64,000 nt of DNA from contig NC_043003.1 of the NCBI RefSeq assembly GCF_006345805.1, positions 9,610,001-9,674,000 on the forward strand, read 5' to 3'. Source of the DNA: Octopus sinensis. Its lineage: Eukaryota. Both the position numbers and the translations under genes were made by a program. Positions 1 through 14,126 of the stretch are shown here, piece after piece; position 1 is the first letter of the stretch; each line of letters begins with the position of its first letter. The notes beneath the pieces were generated by a model. That model searched no databases, was not told the DNA's origin, and saw only the letters and a list, made by a program, of their open reading frames with translations.

Positions 1-477
1 GCTTATTAGTCGATAATACTTTGTACTTCATGTGCAAATGAATACGTTGAATATTTATCATAGCTGTTTTGCGAAGTTTTCTCGAATGTATTTAGATTAA
101 GATCTACAATTTAGAATTTGAAAGAAAAACGTGATGGTTGTAGTCCCCACACACACACACACATCATATATGTGTGTGTATGTGTGTCTTATGCTTATAT
201 GTTTCTGTACATCAAGCTATAATTATTCCTTCCAGAAATAATTAATATTGAAATAGATGATAACCAATCTGGTATTTTATTGTATGTATGTAACTTTTTT
301 TTAATACGAAGTTAGATGTAAGAGCATATTAGCTTTGAAAAAACGTTTAATCATAATTAATTTAATATAAATTGATTATTTTACCATGTTTACATAATAT
401 TTACTGTTTCAATGAGCCAAATATTCTAAACATTATACTTGGAAAATCTCATTTTGTATTTTTTGCTTACATTTCAG

Positions 478-803
478 ACACGCTGCAAGAAACAGAAAAA
501 CTTAGTGATTCATTTATAAATAAACTCAGGAAAAAATACCCAGCAGACATGGAAGGCATGCAGGAGCACTTGATCTATGTTTATGAAAAAGTTCTAGACT
601 CCGTAATGACGTGGCCCAAGAATAGCTCGGTGCCCAACACAACCCGTCCAATACACCGCTCGCGACGTGCAGCCGACGTCGACCCTATAATGGAAAAGTG
701 GAATGTTCATGTGCGGTTACCCGGCTCTCATACGCTCGAAGAAGAGATAGGGCACGCCTTCCATTTGGCCAGTATCTCCATACTTGCAGTCTTAGTCGCT
801 GGT
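478..803 (+). CDS. Hv3 (HVCN1-like): Hv-family voltage-gated proton channel (Hv3-type), internal exon: long S1-S2 extracellular loop and S2 helix
   Basis: Acceptor ttttgcttacatttcAG ends at 477. Open frame xD-TLQETEK...EEEIGHAFHLASISILAVLVAG, donor GTAAAT at 804. HLASISILAVLVAG aligns without gaps to human Hv1 S2 HYMSITILVFFMME. Confidence 0.85.
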
Positions 804-1435
804 GTAAATATGCACTTTTATTTTTCCATTATTCATTATGTTCTTAAGAAAAAAAAATGGTAAACGATAAAATGCACTTCACATAAATAACCATCAATTG
901 TGTAAACAAAATATATCTGAGGGTTTATGTGCATATGTGGGTTGTGCGCGTGATGCTTTGCGTGTATGTATATATGTATATATACTTTCATTGTTTAATT
1001 GGCAGGTAGTTATAAAAGTGAGCGGAGGCTCGAGAGATTTTGATATGGCGTTTATCTTTATTTACGCATACACACGCAAACACAAAAACACGGGTCCGTG
1101 CGCTCACACACACACACACACAGGCTTACAGGTTTGGTAGAACAAACAAATTAGTTAAAGTGCCATGGTATAAAATCCTTCGCTGTTTATTCGCTTATAT
1201 AATTTATAGGCGATATTCTTAGACGTATCCATATGTAGACATGCATAAATATGTATATGCATATGCTGGTATATTAATTTATTATTAATATATAATTAAT
1301 ATATATATATGTGTATTATGTACATTATGTGTGTGTGTGTATATATATGTATATATACTATATATATGTATATATATATATGCTATATATATATATCTAT
1401 ATCTATCTATCTATCCATCTATCTATCTATCTTTC

Positions 1436-1537
<102 letters not shown>

Positions 1538-4500
1538 TATCTATATATATATATATATATATACTTAATTTGTCACAAATCATTCTCTTACATTTTATGT
1601 TATTAATCCCCTTCTTACCTGAGTTAGTTTTAAATATTTATCATTATTGAACATGGTAGGTTTTATTCTAGCATTTTCCAGATTGTTTTATTAATCTATT
1701 TGCTTACCTATTTAGGTTTCAAAAAATGCAACTTGAACTGTAAGCTTACAAAATATAATACAGAATGGAGTTATCATCCAATATCTGACAAGTCTTCTTG
1801 TCATCATTTCAAAATTATCTTTCCGCTCCATCTTGTCATGTGACAAAATTTTGTAGAATGAAAGTCATTTTGGAAAGTAAAAAATTAGTTTTATGTAATA
1901 ATGAAGGACAATCCGCTGACTGTATCATGTTCTCTTCTCTCCACTTATGATAATATATTAAAGTGATTTTGTTGCATCTGTCAAGTTGAAGTAGACACGG
2001 ATATATTAAACAACTAAAATAATGAACGATGAACATTTCATTGCACAAAACAAATCAAATCCGGATTGTAATATATGCGTCTGTCACTCAGTTATTTCTA
2101 GTTAATCTGTTATAATTTAGACTTTATTTCAATGCCTTCCTACCTTTAATCGTGATTCTTTCATATATTTAACTTACATTTATTCTATTCACTGTTTTGC
2201 ATATTTTTATACCTAATTGCTAATGATAATTTTCTTTCAGTTTCCCTGTCTTCACTTCTAGTGGCATATTTCACAATGAAACTTCCGTATAAGTTTGATT
2301 CCTACGACGTATATTATGTGATTATATATATATATGTGTGTCTCCCGATATATTTGTGCATATTGAACACGGCTAAATTTAATTATTTGCTGAAGTTTTC
2401 TGTCTATTCTAGTCTCAAACTTTTTGCTGCTGCATAGAATTCTCTTAAGAACGTGGTGTAATCTGTTCGATTCTTCTTTGGTTACAATGATACTATTACA
2501 ATTACAATGATACCATTGTTATTATAATGATACTGATGTATCCAATTTCAGCTTGTTCTGACTCATTATGTTCTGTGTTCAATTACCACCGATATCAACT
2601 TTGTTTTTCATCCTTTCGGTTTCGATAAGATAAAGTATCAGTCATTTAGAAGGGTCGAAGATATCGACTTACTCCCTCTCAAAATGTCTGGTTTGTAATT
2701 AACATAGAAATATTTATCTATATTCATGTTTTAAGATAAGTAGGAAAACTATCCTAGTAGTGTTCTTTTCACTAATATCCTCATATGTATGTAATTTGTA
2801 AATATCTTTACTGAAGTAGTTGGGCACCATTACATTTACACAAATTACAAACAAAATGATAGACGTATTTCTATAGCTGTTTTGCTATGGTAAATTTGTG
2901 CCCATGGGTTATGTAGTAGTACCCTGTCGATGATTAGCACACTATCGTCATTTGTCATTATTATCGAGGAAAAGGATAGCTGTTTATTTTATTGTTCAAT
3001 GGTCGATTTATATGCTAATTATTCATAGTATATTCGTGTTGTCATCAGAAATATCACGATAATCTGAGTAACACGGATATTTTTTTTGAGGAATTGAAAA
3101 TAAGTTGCTAGGCGTATGTAGCAGAGATTTACGTTGTTGCTCCTCCAAGAATATTATTCAACGGAGTTACGCTAAGGTATTTGTTATACAGATATATATG
3201 CATTTCAGGAACGGCATTACACGCACTTCGTTTGTAATCTGTAGCGTTCTGGACAGTTCATTAAAAATACACACTGGTAACAATCAGCATATTAATGTAG
3301 TCTATCCAAGCTACATTTCTGTGTCTAATTCAGCCATCCAGTTTGCGGAGACTGTCCATATAGAAACATACGTTTTTAGATATTTTTTTTGTTCCATTTT
3401 GCAACAGCTTCAGGAGTTGATATAAGCTGACGGTAATCTAATTCGAATTATTATGAGAAATCTGACACTGGGAATATAATTACTTAAAAGATGGGTATGA
3501 GGCCTTCTTATGAATTGGAAAAGGAATTGATAACATGAATACCTTTGTTCCTAAAAGTCGCCTTTCAAGTAAATATTGTTGTTGTTTTATGCAGTATTTT
3601 GCCTCGTTTTTACTTAGTAGATTGCTCATATTATATAGATCCCATATAGGTTTTAGTATCTAATAGATTTCTCGTGTTACGCTTTTCCGTACATTTTTGT
3701 CATATGACTCATTATTAACATCATATTTATTTTCGTGCTTATATTTGTACCACCATATGTACGATGTGTATACAGCATTGTCTTATGAGGTACTGGCATG
3801 GTATTTGCCGGGTCCTGTCTCTGATCACGTTGCACCTCCAAGGGCATCCATTGACGGTGATGCCCTCAATCTTAACAGACGGGTATCACCTGATGGAGAA
3901 GAGTCAGCTCCCAACCAAACAACACCAAACAAACACCTCATCAGGACCGTGAAGTCTGGCGTAGCATGGTAAATTCCATTGTCTCGACCACGGTCGAACA
4001 ATGATAATGAAGATGGTATTTGCATATAAAATATAATTTACTTCGTTCAGGCATTTGATTCTTAATTTCTGTCGCTAATTTTGTTTATTTGTTGGGCAAG
4101 AGCTGTAGTTTAGCGATAGATTTCAATTTAGTGAAAAGCGTAAAGCGAAAGTTTCTGTGAATTTATTGGGTAGAATTTCGGTTACCTGTGCATTCTGTGA
4201 ATTGCCTTATATTATTGGATGATGTTTGTGCAGAAAGCGTATTAAGTCAAGAATACAATGTAATTAATAAAAAATTGCCTAAAATGTGTGACAGCGCAAA
4301 GTAAGTTTAGAATTGTTTAGAGTTGCATACTCTAGGGTCTGTTTCCTTTTTTTTTATCTGGTTGTATATTCTTCTGTTTTGTTTTTTATTAATATAAACG
4401 ATGTTTATATTGCTAAAAATCTTACTCTCGCGGACCTCACTTGCTTATTTCCATATTAAGGATCTACTATTTAGTTATGTTGGTACATGTATTTATGCAA

Positions 4501-5127
4501 TATTTTCGTTTAGTTTCATCTTTAGAAAATCTGAGGCATATATCAATATGCCAAAGAGTGCATTTTAGTGGCCGCCCCTTCTATAAGGCAGCAGCAAAAA
4601 ATTTCTAATTCCATTGTGGACATATGCCCAGCAGAAAAAGGGAGTGGTCGTGGCAAGGGCATCTTTCACCAACGGGCTGACAATTGTTAAAATTTCAGCA
4701 ATAAGCTTTCGGTGTCAACATTTCAAGATATTGCCTTACGAATATAGTTTCTATCCTACCAAATCCGCGAAGGTTAAACTGATGCAATCAATTATTTCTC
4801 TATAGGGATTGCGTAATCTTTCGTTGGTATTTGTCTCTAGTTTCCTTTTTTAATTTATATACATTTTGTAAATAGCAACAAATACTCTGTAGTTAAGGAG
4901 AGATCTCGCATTTCATTGCTTCTGTTCCGAGTTTTCGGGATTATTGCTGAGTTTTATTTCCTCTTTGTCAAGTTCAGCAGATTATTAATCGTTTTCATAA
5001 AACGTTTATATAGTGCATTTATAGAGCCTTTTTCACTTATCATCACGTTTCTCTTTTTGCAAATCAAATTCGAATGCTATTGTTTCTTCATATACATACA
5101 TGCGCATATACAAATAGATATGGTGAA

Positions 5128-5470
5128 GGCGCCTGGCTCAGTGGTTAGAGTGTCGGGTTAACAATCACGAGGTAACGAGTTCGATTCTCGGACCGGGCTG
5201 TGTGTTGTGTTCTTGAGAAACACACTTTATTTCATGTTGCTCCAGTTCACTCACCTGTAGAAATAAGATGCGATGTCACTAGTGCCAAGCTTTATCGGCC
5301 TTTGCCTTTCCCCTGGATAACATCAGTGGCGTGGAGAAGGGAGACTGGTACGGTAGGGGTGACTGCTGGTCTTCCACAAACAGCTTTTCACGGACTTGTG
5401 CCTCGGAGGGTTACTTTCTAGGTGCAATCCCATGGTCATTCATGACCGAAGGGGGTCTTCGTTCTTTTAC
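5128..5470 (+). mobile_element. tRNA-derived SINE (family A)
   Basis: Box A TGGCTCAGTGG and box B GTTCGATTC. Colinear with 44240-44580. Confidence 0.85.
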
Positions 5471-5785
5471 AAATAGATATATACCTGTATATATACATGC
5501 AGAAATACATATGCACGCATACACACACACACACATATATATACATGCATATGCATATATACATGCATATACATGTATACATGCATATATATTTAATTCC
5601 TTCCTGACCCATAAGATAATAAGGTTAATATCTGTCGCAGAATTACTCATGTTTGCTATCTGATTTGACTGGATCAACGTAAAATGAAATATTATTGCAT
5701 ATGAACAAGCACATCGGACGCTGAAGCGAGGAATCGAAGCCACAATCTTAGGATCATGAGTACAAATACTAATCACATAAACATG

Positions 5786-5816
<31 letters not shown>

Positions 5817-5857
5817 CTATCTATCTATCTGTCTGTCTCTTTCTCTCTCTGGATGTG

Positions 5858-5936
<79 letters not shown>

Positions 5937-5941
5937 ATATG

Positions 5942-6002
<61 letters not shown>

Positions 6003-6004
6003 AT

Positions 6005-6055
<51 letters not shown>

Positions 6056-6060
<5 letters not shown>

Positions 6061-7086
6061 GTTGAGTAAAAGTAAGGAACGTTTTGAACCATGAAGAATT
6101 TGTAGCGAATTTTAGCAGAGTTGTGAATTTGTTCTAAACATTTTTTTGCAATTGTCTGATAATACAGACATAGACTTGACTAAATGCATCAACATATTAA
6201 CATTGATATATTTCCATCGTTGTTACAATTATCTGAAATGGTACTGTCAAAGCGTGATATTCTAGCAATTTTGCTATTCAATTTCAAAAAAGGACGTAAA
6301 GCAGCTGAAACTGTTTGCGATATCAACGAAACATTTGGTCAGGGAATGACCAATGAGTGGTCAACTCGATATGGTTTGAATGATATCGCAGTGGGCACCT
6401 GAGCCTTGAAGATCGTGAGCGAAGTGGACGCCTGTATGTCATCGTTGTCGGTCAATTAAAGATTGTTATTGAGAAAGATCCACGTAAAACCACTCGAGAA
6501 CCGGTACAAGAACTTCAAGTTAGCCAGAAAACTGCCTGGAACCATTTGCACGAGATCGGAAAATCAAAAAAGCTCGACAAATATGTAGCACACGATTTGA
6601 ATGAAAATCAGAAAATGCGCAGATAAGAAATTTGCTCGACGCTTCTTCTCCGTATCGAGACCGTTCCATTTCTCAACCGCATTGTAATTTGTGACGAAAA
6701 GTGTATTCTGTACAATAATAAAAAAAAAGGTTCTTCGCAGTGGTTGGACCAAAATGAAGCACCGAAAACCTTCCCCAAACCCAAGCTTTTAAAAAAGGTT
6801 ATGGTGACTGTTTGGTGGTATACTGTTTGACTCATTTACTATAACTTCTTAACACCCAGAAAAATCCATTACTGCAGAAACAGATTGCCATGAAATTGCC
6901 AAAATGAACGGAAGACTGGTATTCCTCCGTCCCAGACTGGTCGACAGAAGAGAGTTTATCATTCTTCATGGCAATGCTCGACCAGACGTTTCACTAATGA
7001 CGCTTCAGTAGTTGAAGGAATTTGGCTACGACGACCTTCCCCACTCAGCTTATTCCCCAGAGATTTCTTCTAACGAGTATCACTTT
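6056..7086 (+). mobile_element. decayed mariner (D,D34D-type) transposon, 3'-truncated
   Basis: ATG at 6238, MVLSKRDILAILLFNFKKGRKAAET. Motifs ERSGR, YVAHDL (WVPHEL), CDEKC, HGNARPD and YSPEISSNEY, with frameshifts and stops. Starts directly after (TA)n. Confidence 0.9.
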
Positions 7087-7659
7087 AGTATGTGACAGCT
7101 GAAGAGAAGCTGCACCTACAGACTGATCTTCATTTGCTCAAAAAGGGCAGTGTAATGCCCAGTCCTGAGTTCGAACCCACAGCCTGTTAACCAGTAAGCT
7201 ATGTAACGTCCATTCCATCATGTCAGAAAGTGATGATGGTAATCTTTACATGTGTAATCGCCTGCCACGATTTGTGTTCAATAATTAAAGCCAGTGTGAA
7301 GCGTGACATATATCTTAAGTTGTAATAAGATATCACAGCGTGCTTTCCGTTCTCCTCTTGCATCTTTGTTTCAATCATACCATTGCTATGCACACATTGT
7401 TAGTATCAGTATTTCAACTGACGTACTTTATATGGTATTTCTTATTTTCCATAGCATTTTTATTAAAACATTCAACCTGAAATTGCTTGCATATATGTAA
7501 AATAAACACCGAACTTTGTCTGGCATAAAGAGGAGTGTTACGAATAGGTTTTGTGCAACAGAAATATAGATATTAACAAAGATTTATCTACTTTCTCATT
7601 TTTTGCCTGTGCTTTACTGCTTTTAAGCATTCTACATTTGGCTTTACATATATTTACAG

Positions 7660-7713
7660 ACGTTATTAAAAATGATATGTTTCGGCACAAGATTTTTTAA
7701 AGGAAAATTGGAG
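7660..7713 (+). CDS. Hv3 (HVCN1-like): Hv3-type channel exon: end of S2 and S2-S3 linker (TLLKMICFGTRFFKGKLE)
   Basis: tatttacAG acceptor and GAG|GTAAGT donor, 54 nt, phase 0/0. The 18 codons match the spacing of human Hv1 154-171 (IIFKLFVFRLEFFHHKFE) exactly. Not in the ORF track. Confidence 0.9.
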
Positions 7714-9319
7714 GTAAGTTAGCCATCAGGTGGATTCCTTACTGTTCTTTTAAATCGTATGCACATGTGTAAATCTTATATGTCTGAAAGAATGAATTGG
7801 ATATTTGTTAGAGATGCCAAAGAATGTGTAAACCTGATACAAGAAATAACATTATTTTTAGGTAACCCAAGCAGAAATACTTGCTTAAGGTAATGGGACA
7901 ATTGTAAACATGCTAATAGTATAAGTTTATTCACAAATAATGATACAACAAACTTTAAGAAATATATTCATTTGGGAGGGTGATGGAGATAAAATCCTAA
8001 TGCCATAGGGTTCTTTCTGAAGCAAATATTATTACATGTTCCGTAGAGTGATGAACTGAGGCTATAAATATTAGTCAGCCATCTCATTCTCGAACCGTCT
8101 GTAGGTTTCGTACTGGCTGGCTGTGTGAGGAAACCTCTCTTTCAGTTCTTTACTGTGACATTCTTATCACGTGTCTGTAGTATCTGGGAGAAGTAACGGC
8201 GCAAGAATATAACGTTAAGCCGTTATAACGTATCAAAAGTATTTAATATGGAGTCAAATGTCAAATGGGCAATAAGATCAAAATGAAGTTACTGAATCAA
8301 GATCTACTGAAAGCTGTATTCTAAGGGCTTTAGAAAATTTCTTGTGCTAGGGTATCTGATTGAAATGAGGTAAGCATGTGAAGCATATTTACAGACTTAC
8401 TAATAAAACAGTATTTACGAACTATTTATCAATTCCTGAAATGTATTTATAAATAAATGCTACCTTACAGAACAGTGGAAATACTTAAAAAAAAACGCTC
8501 CAATGAAAAGGGTTTACGATGAATGTTTTGGGTTAGAGAGGTGAATATCGTGGAAATATCAAACAGGTGAAAAAAATTGTTGATTCCATTAAAGAAATTT
8601 AATCGAATCTTCGAAGCAAAATAGTGGCAGAAACAGTAAGAACAGAAGCTTGACGTATAAAAAGGAAAAGAAAAGTTAAGATCAGATATCTAACAAGTTA
8701 CTTAAGATGTCATAAATGATGAAGATCTTTGGAAAATATATAAAGTTTCAAGAAGTTTAAAAATGCAAGAGAAAATAAAATATAAATTAAGGATGATCGA
8801 CATAATGTCATAAAAGGTAAAATGTTACCTGGAAAGTACAATCATATAACAGTGTGAGAAAGGAGAGAATTAGGAAGAGAAAGAAAAGGTGAAAAAGAAA
8901 TTGAAGAACATGTATTTAATAAAAGTTGTGAAATATACATAGATTAGAATAAAATACAGAAGGGAAAGATGAAATAAAAAATATAGCGTGTCAATGTTGA
9001 GGATGGGAAAAAAAGCGAAAATAAAACAAGAGAAAGAACAGGAGAAAAACTTTGAGAGAAATATAATGCAACAAAGATGTGATCAGCAACTTAATTTCTT
9101 CGTAAGCCATGCTTATCAAAAGAATGTTTGTAATTGCAGAGAGAATACCAATGCGTTTTCCGTAAACATTTTTATATGTTCCTCTATGCACTGTTATATT
9201 TTGTAAAGGGGCATAAAAAAATTAAACAAGAGCTGAATATTAAGGAACTCTGGATGAACAGGAAAACATACTTACACACACACTTATTCACTAACACTAA
9301 CATATAGATACATGAATAG

Positions 9320-9470
9320 AGAGAGCGAGAGAAAGGGGAAATAAGCGAGAGAGATGAGAGAGAAACATTTGAGAGAGAGAGAGAAAGAAACAGAGAGAGG
9401 TGGAGATAAGCGAGAGAGAGAGAGAGATGAGAGAGAGACATTTGAGAGAGAGCGAGAGAGAGAGAGAGAG
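9320..9470. repeat. (GA)n-rich tract in the Hv intron
   Basis: Direct reading of the sequence. Confidence 0.9.
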
Positions 9471-9582
9471 AAATAATGTAATATATTAATTTGTGTGTAT
9501 ATAATCATTCTTAAAACGAAACAACCAGTTTTTCTTCATATCTAAAATATTATTATGTATTTTTTTTTCATATTTTCCGCAG

Positions 9583-9721
9583 GTATTTGATGCCGCTATC
9601 CTGATAGTTTCCTTCATTGTAGATCTTATATTCGTAAATGGCCTTCCAAGATATAAGATAGAGGAGTTTGTCTTCATTCTAGCCTTCCTGTTACCCTGGA
9701 GAGTTATTCGTGTAGTGAACA
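9583..9721 (+). CDS. Hv3 (HVCN1-like): Hv3-type channel exon: S3 and S4 (VFDAAILIVSFIVDLIFVNGLPRYKIEEFVFILAFLLPWRVIRVVN)
   Basis: ttttccgcAG acceptor and A|GTAAGT donor. D174 and D185 equivalents and the Hv signature WRxxRxxN are present. Confidence 0.95.
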
Positions 9722-9976
9722 GTAAGTTTATCTTTTATTTTATTTATTAATCTGTAGTTTATAGAGGCAAACGGAGTATTAAATGATATGGAATACATTC
9801 TTCAAACTTATTTCCTAAATCTTTTACAAATACCAGAAACAAGGTTTCGATACATAAAAAAAAAGCGTACGAATGCATGATCTTAAAGACGAGAACCCAT
9901 ATATGATTATTTCCATGTATAGCTTCACAAAATGAGGAAAATAATACAATGAATGCATTTTCTTTTAATTTTTCAG

Positions 9977-10092
9977 GTCTTGTAGTAGCTGTCAAAGATC
10001 ACGAACACTTTCGCCTCAAACTAGTGTACAGTCGTAAAAAGAAAATTTTAGCCGTATTAAAACAAAAAGAATTAAAATTAGATTTATTCCAA
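9977..10092 (+). CDS. Hv3 (HVCN1-like): Hv3-type channel exon: post-S4 coiled coil (S-LVVAVKDHEHFRLKLVYSRKKKILAVLKQKELKLDLFQ)
   Basis: tttttcAG acceptor, phase 1 start compatible with the previous exon (A+GT = Ser), CAA|GTAAGT donor. Confidence 0.92.
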
Positions 10093-10141
10093 GTAAGTTC
10101 ACAAACGTTAACTTCTTTTAAACTGCGTTCACCCTGTATTT

Positions 10142-10176
<35 letters not shown>

Positions 10177-10809
10177 CATATATCTATATATGTAGGTATG
10201 AATGCATATATATATATATATATTATATATATATATATATATGTATATGGGGTTATATAAAGTCGTTAGCCCGAATTGAATGTTTGTTATCTAATCAATG
10301 AAGTTTTGTCTCTGTCTTAATTTCACTTGAACACTTCTCTTTTGCAGTCCTATATACCTTTATGTATCATACATACACACACATATATATATATGTGTAT
10401 ATCTATATATAAATGTGTGTGAGGGAGTATATAGGTGTGTGTGTACGTGTGCGTATCTGTTTGTTTGTGTGCTTGCATGTGTGAGTTAAATAGAGGTAGC
10501 ACATATAACGAATTGGTTAAGTGGTTGAAACGTTTGAGAAAATATTGAAGACGTGACAGACTATATACTTGTACGCGATGCCACTGTCAAAATTTCATTG
10601 CATAAGACTACCTTAGTGTATTGGGATACTAGATATAACTTCAATGAATTTATTTGGATAACAAGTTGGTAACAAGTCAGGAAATTGTGAGGAAGAGAAA
10701 TCCTCTTAATGTTGTGGTACTTCTGCAATTTTTTGAAATGCAAGCTAATACAACTGAATTATTTTACCAACCACAGAATTGGCTATGAACCAGAATAGGT
10801 TTTTGGTAA

Positions 10810-10844
<35 letters not shown>

Positions 10845-13383
10845 TATTTAGCATCCGTGTGTATCATCTAGAGACGAGAGAGAAAAATGAGATTGTAGAA
10901 AATTTGAAAGAATTAAAGAGAACACTACACTGCACCAAACACATTACACTGTACCTAATGCATCTAAATAAACGAAGAGTGTGCTGACAAGGCGCCAACT
11001 CCATGTAATTAATAAAATTAGGTGTGAACGAAAGTAAAAAGTTCGAAATTCTTGAGATTATAACTGTAAAGTAAATTACATAGGGTTTCATTCTTTTTCT
11101 ATGGAACTGTATGCAATATGCTAGTTGCCCTATTGCTTAAAGACTTTTCTGCTAAGATCATATTTTTCGCAGCGAAATATCTTATTGTTCTTAGGTACGC
11201 ATGATCATTCTTGCCATTTATATTCGTCTGCTTCTTTATCTGAATTTTCGAACGCTCGTATGTTATAAAAATATAAATTGTACCAACAAAAAGTACATTT
11301 GAAATCAAAACCATAATAGAGGCAATAGCTGATGAATTTCTTTATTTTCTTCTATTTTTATTTGATTACGCCATTTTGTTTAATATGTCCGTCTGGTAAA
11401 AGCATCTTATACTCAGATGGACATATTTTATACACGTTTCTAGTAATTATTCGTATTTTTGTAGGATTTTAGTCGGAATTTCATACTTTTAGTTTCTGTT
11501 ACTGTTGCTTTTAGACAACTGTTAGATAATCTTTTCACCGAAAACAAAGCTAATATTTTCTGTAATTGGTCATTTTACAATTACGTTTGATAATTTATTA
11601 CATTTAGTGAATTTATTCAAAGAACCGCCAGAACAAGTGCTATTCAAGTATATTCTGATATATAATATACGTAAACTTGTTATCATAATTAGGAATTTTT
11701 AATGAACGCGAAAAAAAAAAACAACAGGAATCTCGAAAGAATTTTGATATTTACTGAAATATTGGCTGGGTTACATTAATATGAACAATTATCATGTTTA
11801 TTGCCTAGGTTCGACTATCAAAACAATAACTTCTTATACAATGATTCTCTGATCTCACATAATCTTGATAGGTATGTTGGAAATATATGAAAATGACAAC
11901 ATAAATCAATGAACTGGATTCTAAACCTTTTAACGTAATAATATACAGTTAAGACCATGTATGTAGGAGTTCCCTTCGCAAAAAGTAGTATGGAAATGTA
12001 TTTCCACTGCCTAGCCCTTTAGTGTAACTGGGGAATTTACTATGACCTGTGGGTCGACCTAAGCCTTGAAAATGAAATCAGTGAAGCCGGAAGTCAACAG
12101 AACGCCCTTGGATAGAATGCATCATTTCATGGTTGGCAGATGTTACATCCCCCCTCCTTTTCTTCATATCCATCCAAGAACTGGCATTTGCATTCTTGGA
12201 TTTAGGAATACCTTTTCCCTTCTCAAAATCTATAGAATATTTACAAAAATACAATAATCCAGATGCGTACTGTGCACATATTCAGCATCAAGATCCTTTA
12301 CAGAGCTTCATGCTGTTTCGGTGTATTATTCTGTTCACTTTATTTCTATGTGCACCCAAGAAAACAACATTTGGAAGCCGTAATACAGAAACAGTAGCCA
12401 AGATGACTTGAAATGTTAAGGTTAGCAAATATTCCGTTCCACATTTACACAGAGCAACAATTCTAAAATGACATATAATCATGTATACAAACCGCATCTA
12501 GTGATACACTTTTTGTATTCTTCATAAATTATGTGTGAGATATTCAGGTCTTGTTTCCTATTATGTGTACTTTACAAAGCATGAATATATTGAGTTCAAC
12601 AGGCACCAAGCATTCAAACGTGGCATTTGAATTACTGTATCAGCTTTAAACACAAACGTTCACTCATTGATATTTGCTTGACTATATATAACAACGTTGC
12701 TTACAATGATACTATACTGAATCACTTAAAATCCATTATTTAAAGCTAAATAAAAAATAACTTCACATGTAAAAATTAGCATTATATAAAATGAATTGAT
12801 AGCTGTCATCGCATATGCACGATACGTTGCTTATTCTAATCGATAGTAGCAAATATCACAATGCACACTTTACAGGGGCGGGGAAACTTTCTAGTGAAGC
12901 GGGCAAAAAATTCCAACGAAAACACTGTGTTAATCGTGTATATATATCTATGTATAATACGATATACATTAAAAGTGATAAATTTAAGATATTAAATTAA
13001 CGCGTAACATCTTCATTAACGCCACCACTGAATTCATGTCGTTCATATTACTTATGAGGTATTCTATATTTTTCAGCTAGAGTGTAGTTGGGTCCCAAGA
13101 AGGGGGTAAAAACCTAGCAATATGTGTTTTGTAGTGAACACAAAATTTCCATTCAAATGGCAATTACCGGGCAATTTTTTTCTATTCGAGTTTAACCGTC
13201 TTAAACCGTAGTGGAAACGTGACTTATGCCGCAAATAGGCATACGAATATTGTATAAATTTTATAATTGAAAATTTACTATATTTTGTACATACGAATAT
13301 ACCAACCTTCAGGCGTAATAAAATCAGCAGGGGGGGTGTTCATACCCTTGATGTAGAGCAATGATACACACACACACACACAC

Positions 13384-13454
<71 letters not shown>

Positions 13455-14126
13455 ATGTACAGAATCCGGCAAAAAATAATTCATTTTAATTATGAAACTT
13501 GTTGACACATTCAACAAAAGCTGAACATCACGCGATGCTTTTTCAGATATTTATAAATTCAGTAGCCACACTTATTAAAATGTGTCCGTAATTGACAATG
13601 CTCATATTAACAGATTTTTTTTTTTAATGACATATTCTTTTGTGAAAGAAAATATTTTGCTAACGAGATATGAAGTAAATCAATAAATCAAATGATTTTG
13701 AAAAAGCAAACATTGTATATATTCATAACATTATGTTTATAAACATGCCGGTAAATGTTGTCTAAGCTAATGATGAAGAAAAAAAGCTTCTAATGATGAA
13801 AAAAAAGAAGAGTAATGCTCTTCTCTTTTCATTGGTCTTCCATAAAGATTCCAGGAGCAAAATACAAAATTTATAATTTAGTTTTGGTAGTTATATGACG
13901 TGACTGTTTGACATTGTAATATAACTTCTTGAAAACGATAATCAGTGTAGTCTGATTACGACTTCATAAGTTGCCTCTGGTATTCTTTTACTGAATAACC
14001 ATTGACTAAAAGCACACGTAACCATGAACAAACTGTTTGTGATATATATTGAATGGATCATACAGAAATATTTTCTCAGAAATAAAGAATTTAATAATTA
14101 TTTTCTCTTTTGTTTTATAATTTTAG

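Noticed and set aside
372-477. N-terminal part of ORF 372-863 as a gene start
   Set aside because: It begins at TTG within intronic polypyrimidine sequence. The Hv-like frame starts at the acceptor at 478 and S1 must lie upstream of the window.
3938-3993. CTGATGA on - preceded by a 7-bp stem (GACCGTG/CACGGTC) and UUC, resembling a type III hammerhead
   Set aside because: No stem II followed by GAAA could be found, so the core is incomplete.
5128-5200. tRNA-like sequences here and at 44240
   Set aside because: No complete cloverleaf, and both continue into a shared SINE body. They are SINE heads, not tRNA genes.
13077-13109. Acceptor at 13076 giving LECSWVPRRG* as the exon after 10092
   Set aside because: The 14127 exon has a better acceptor, a consensus donor and Hv coiled-coil similarity.
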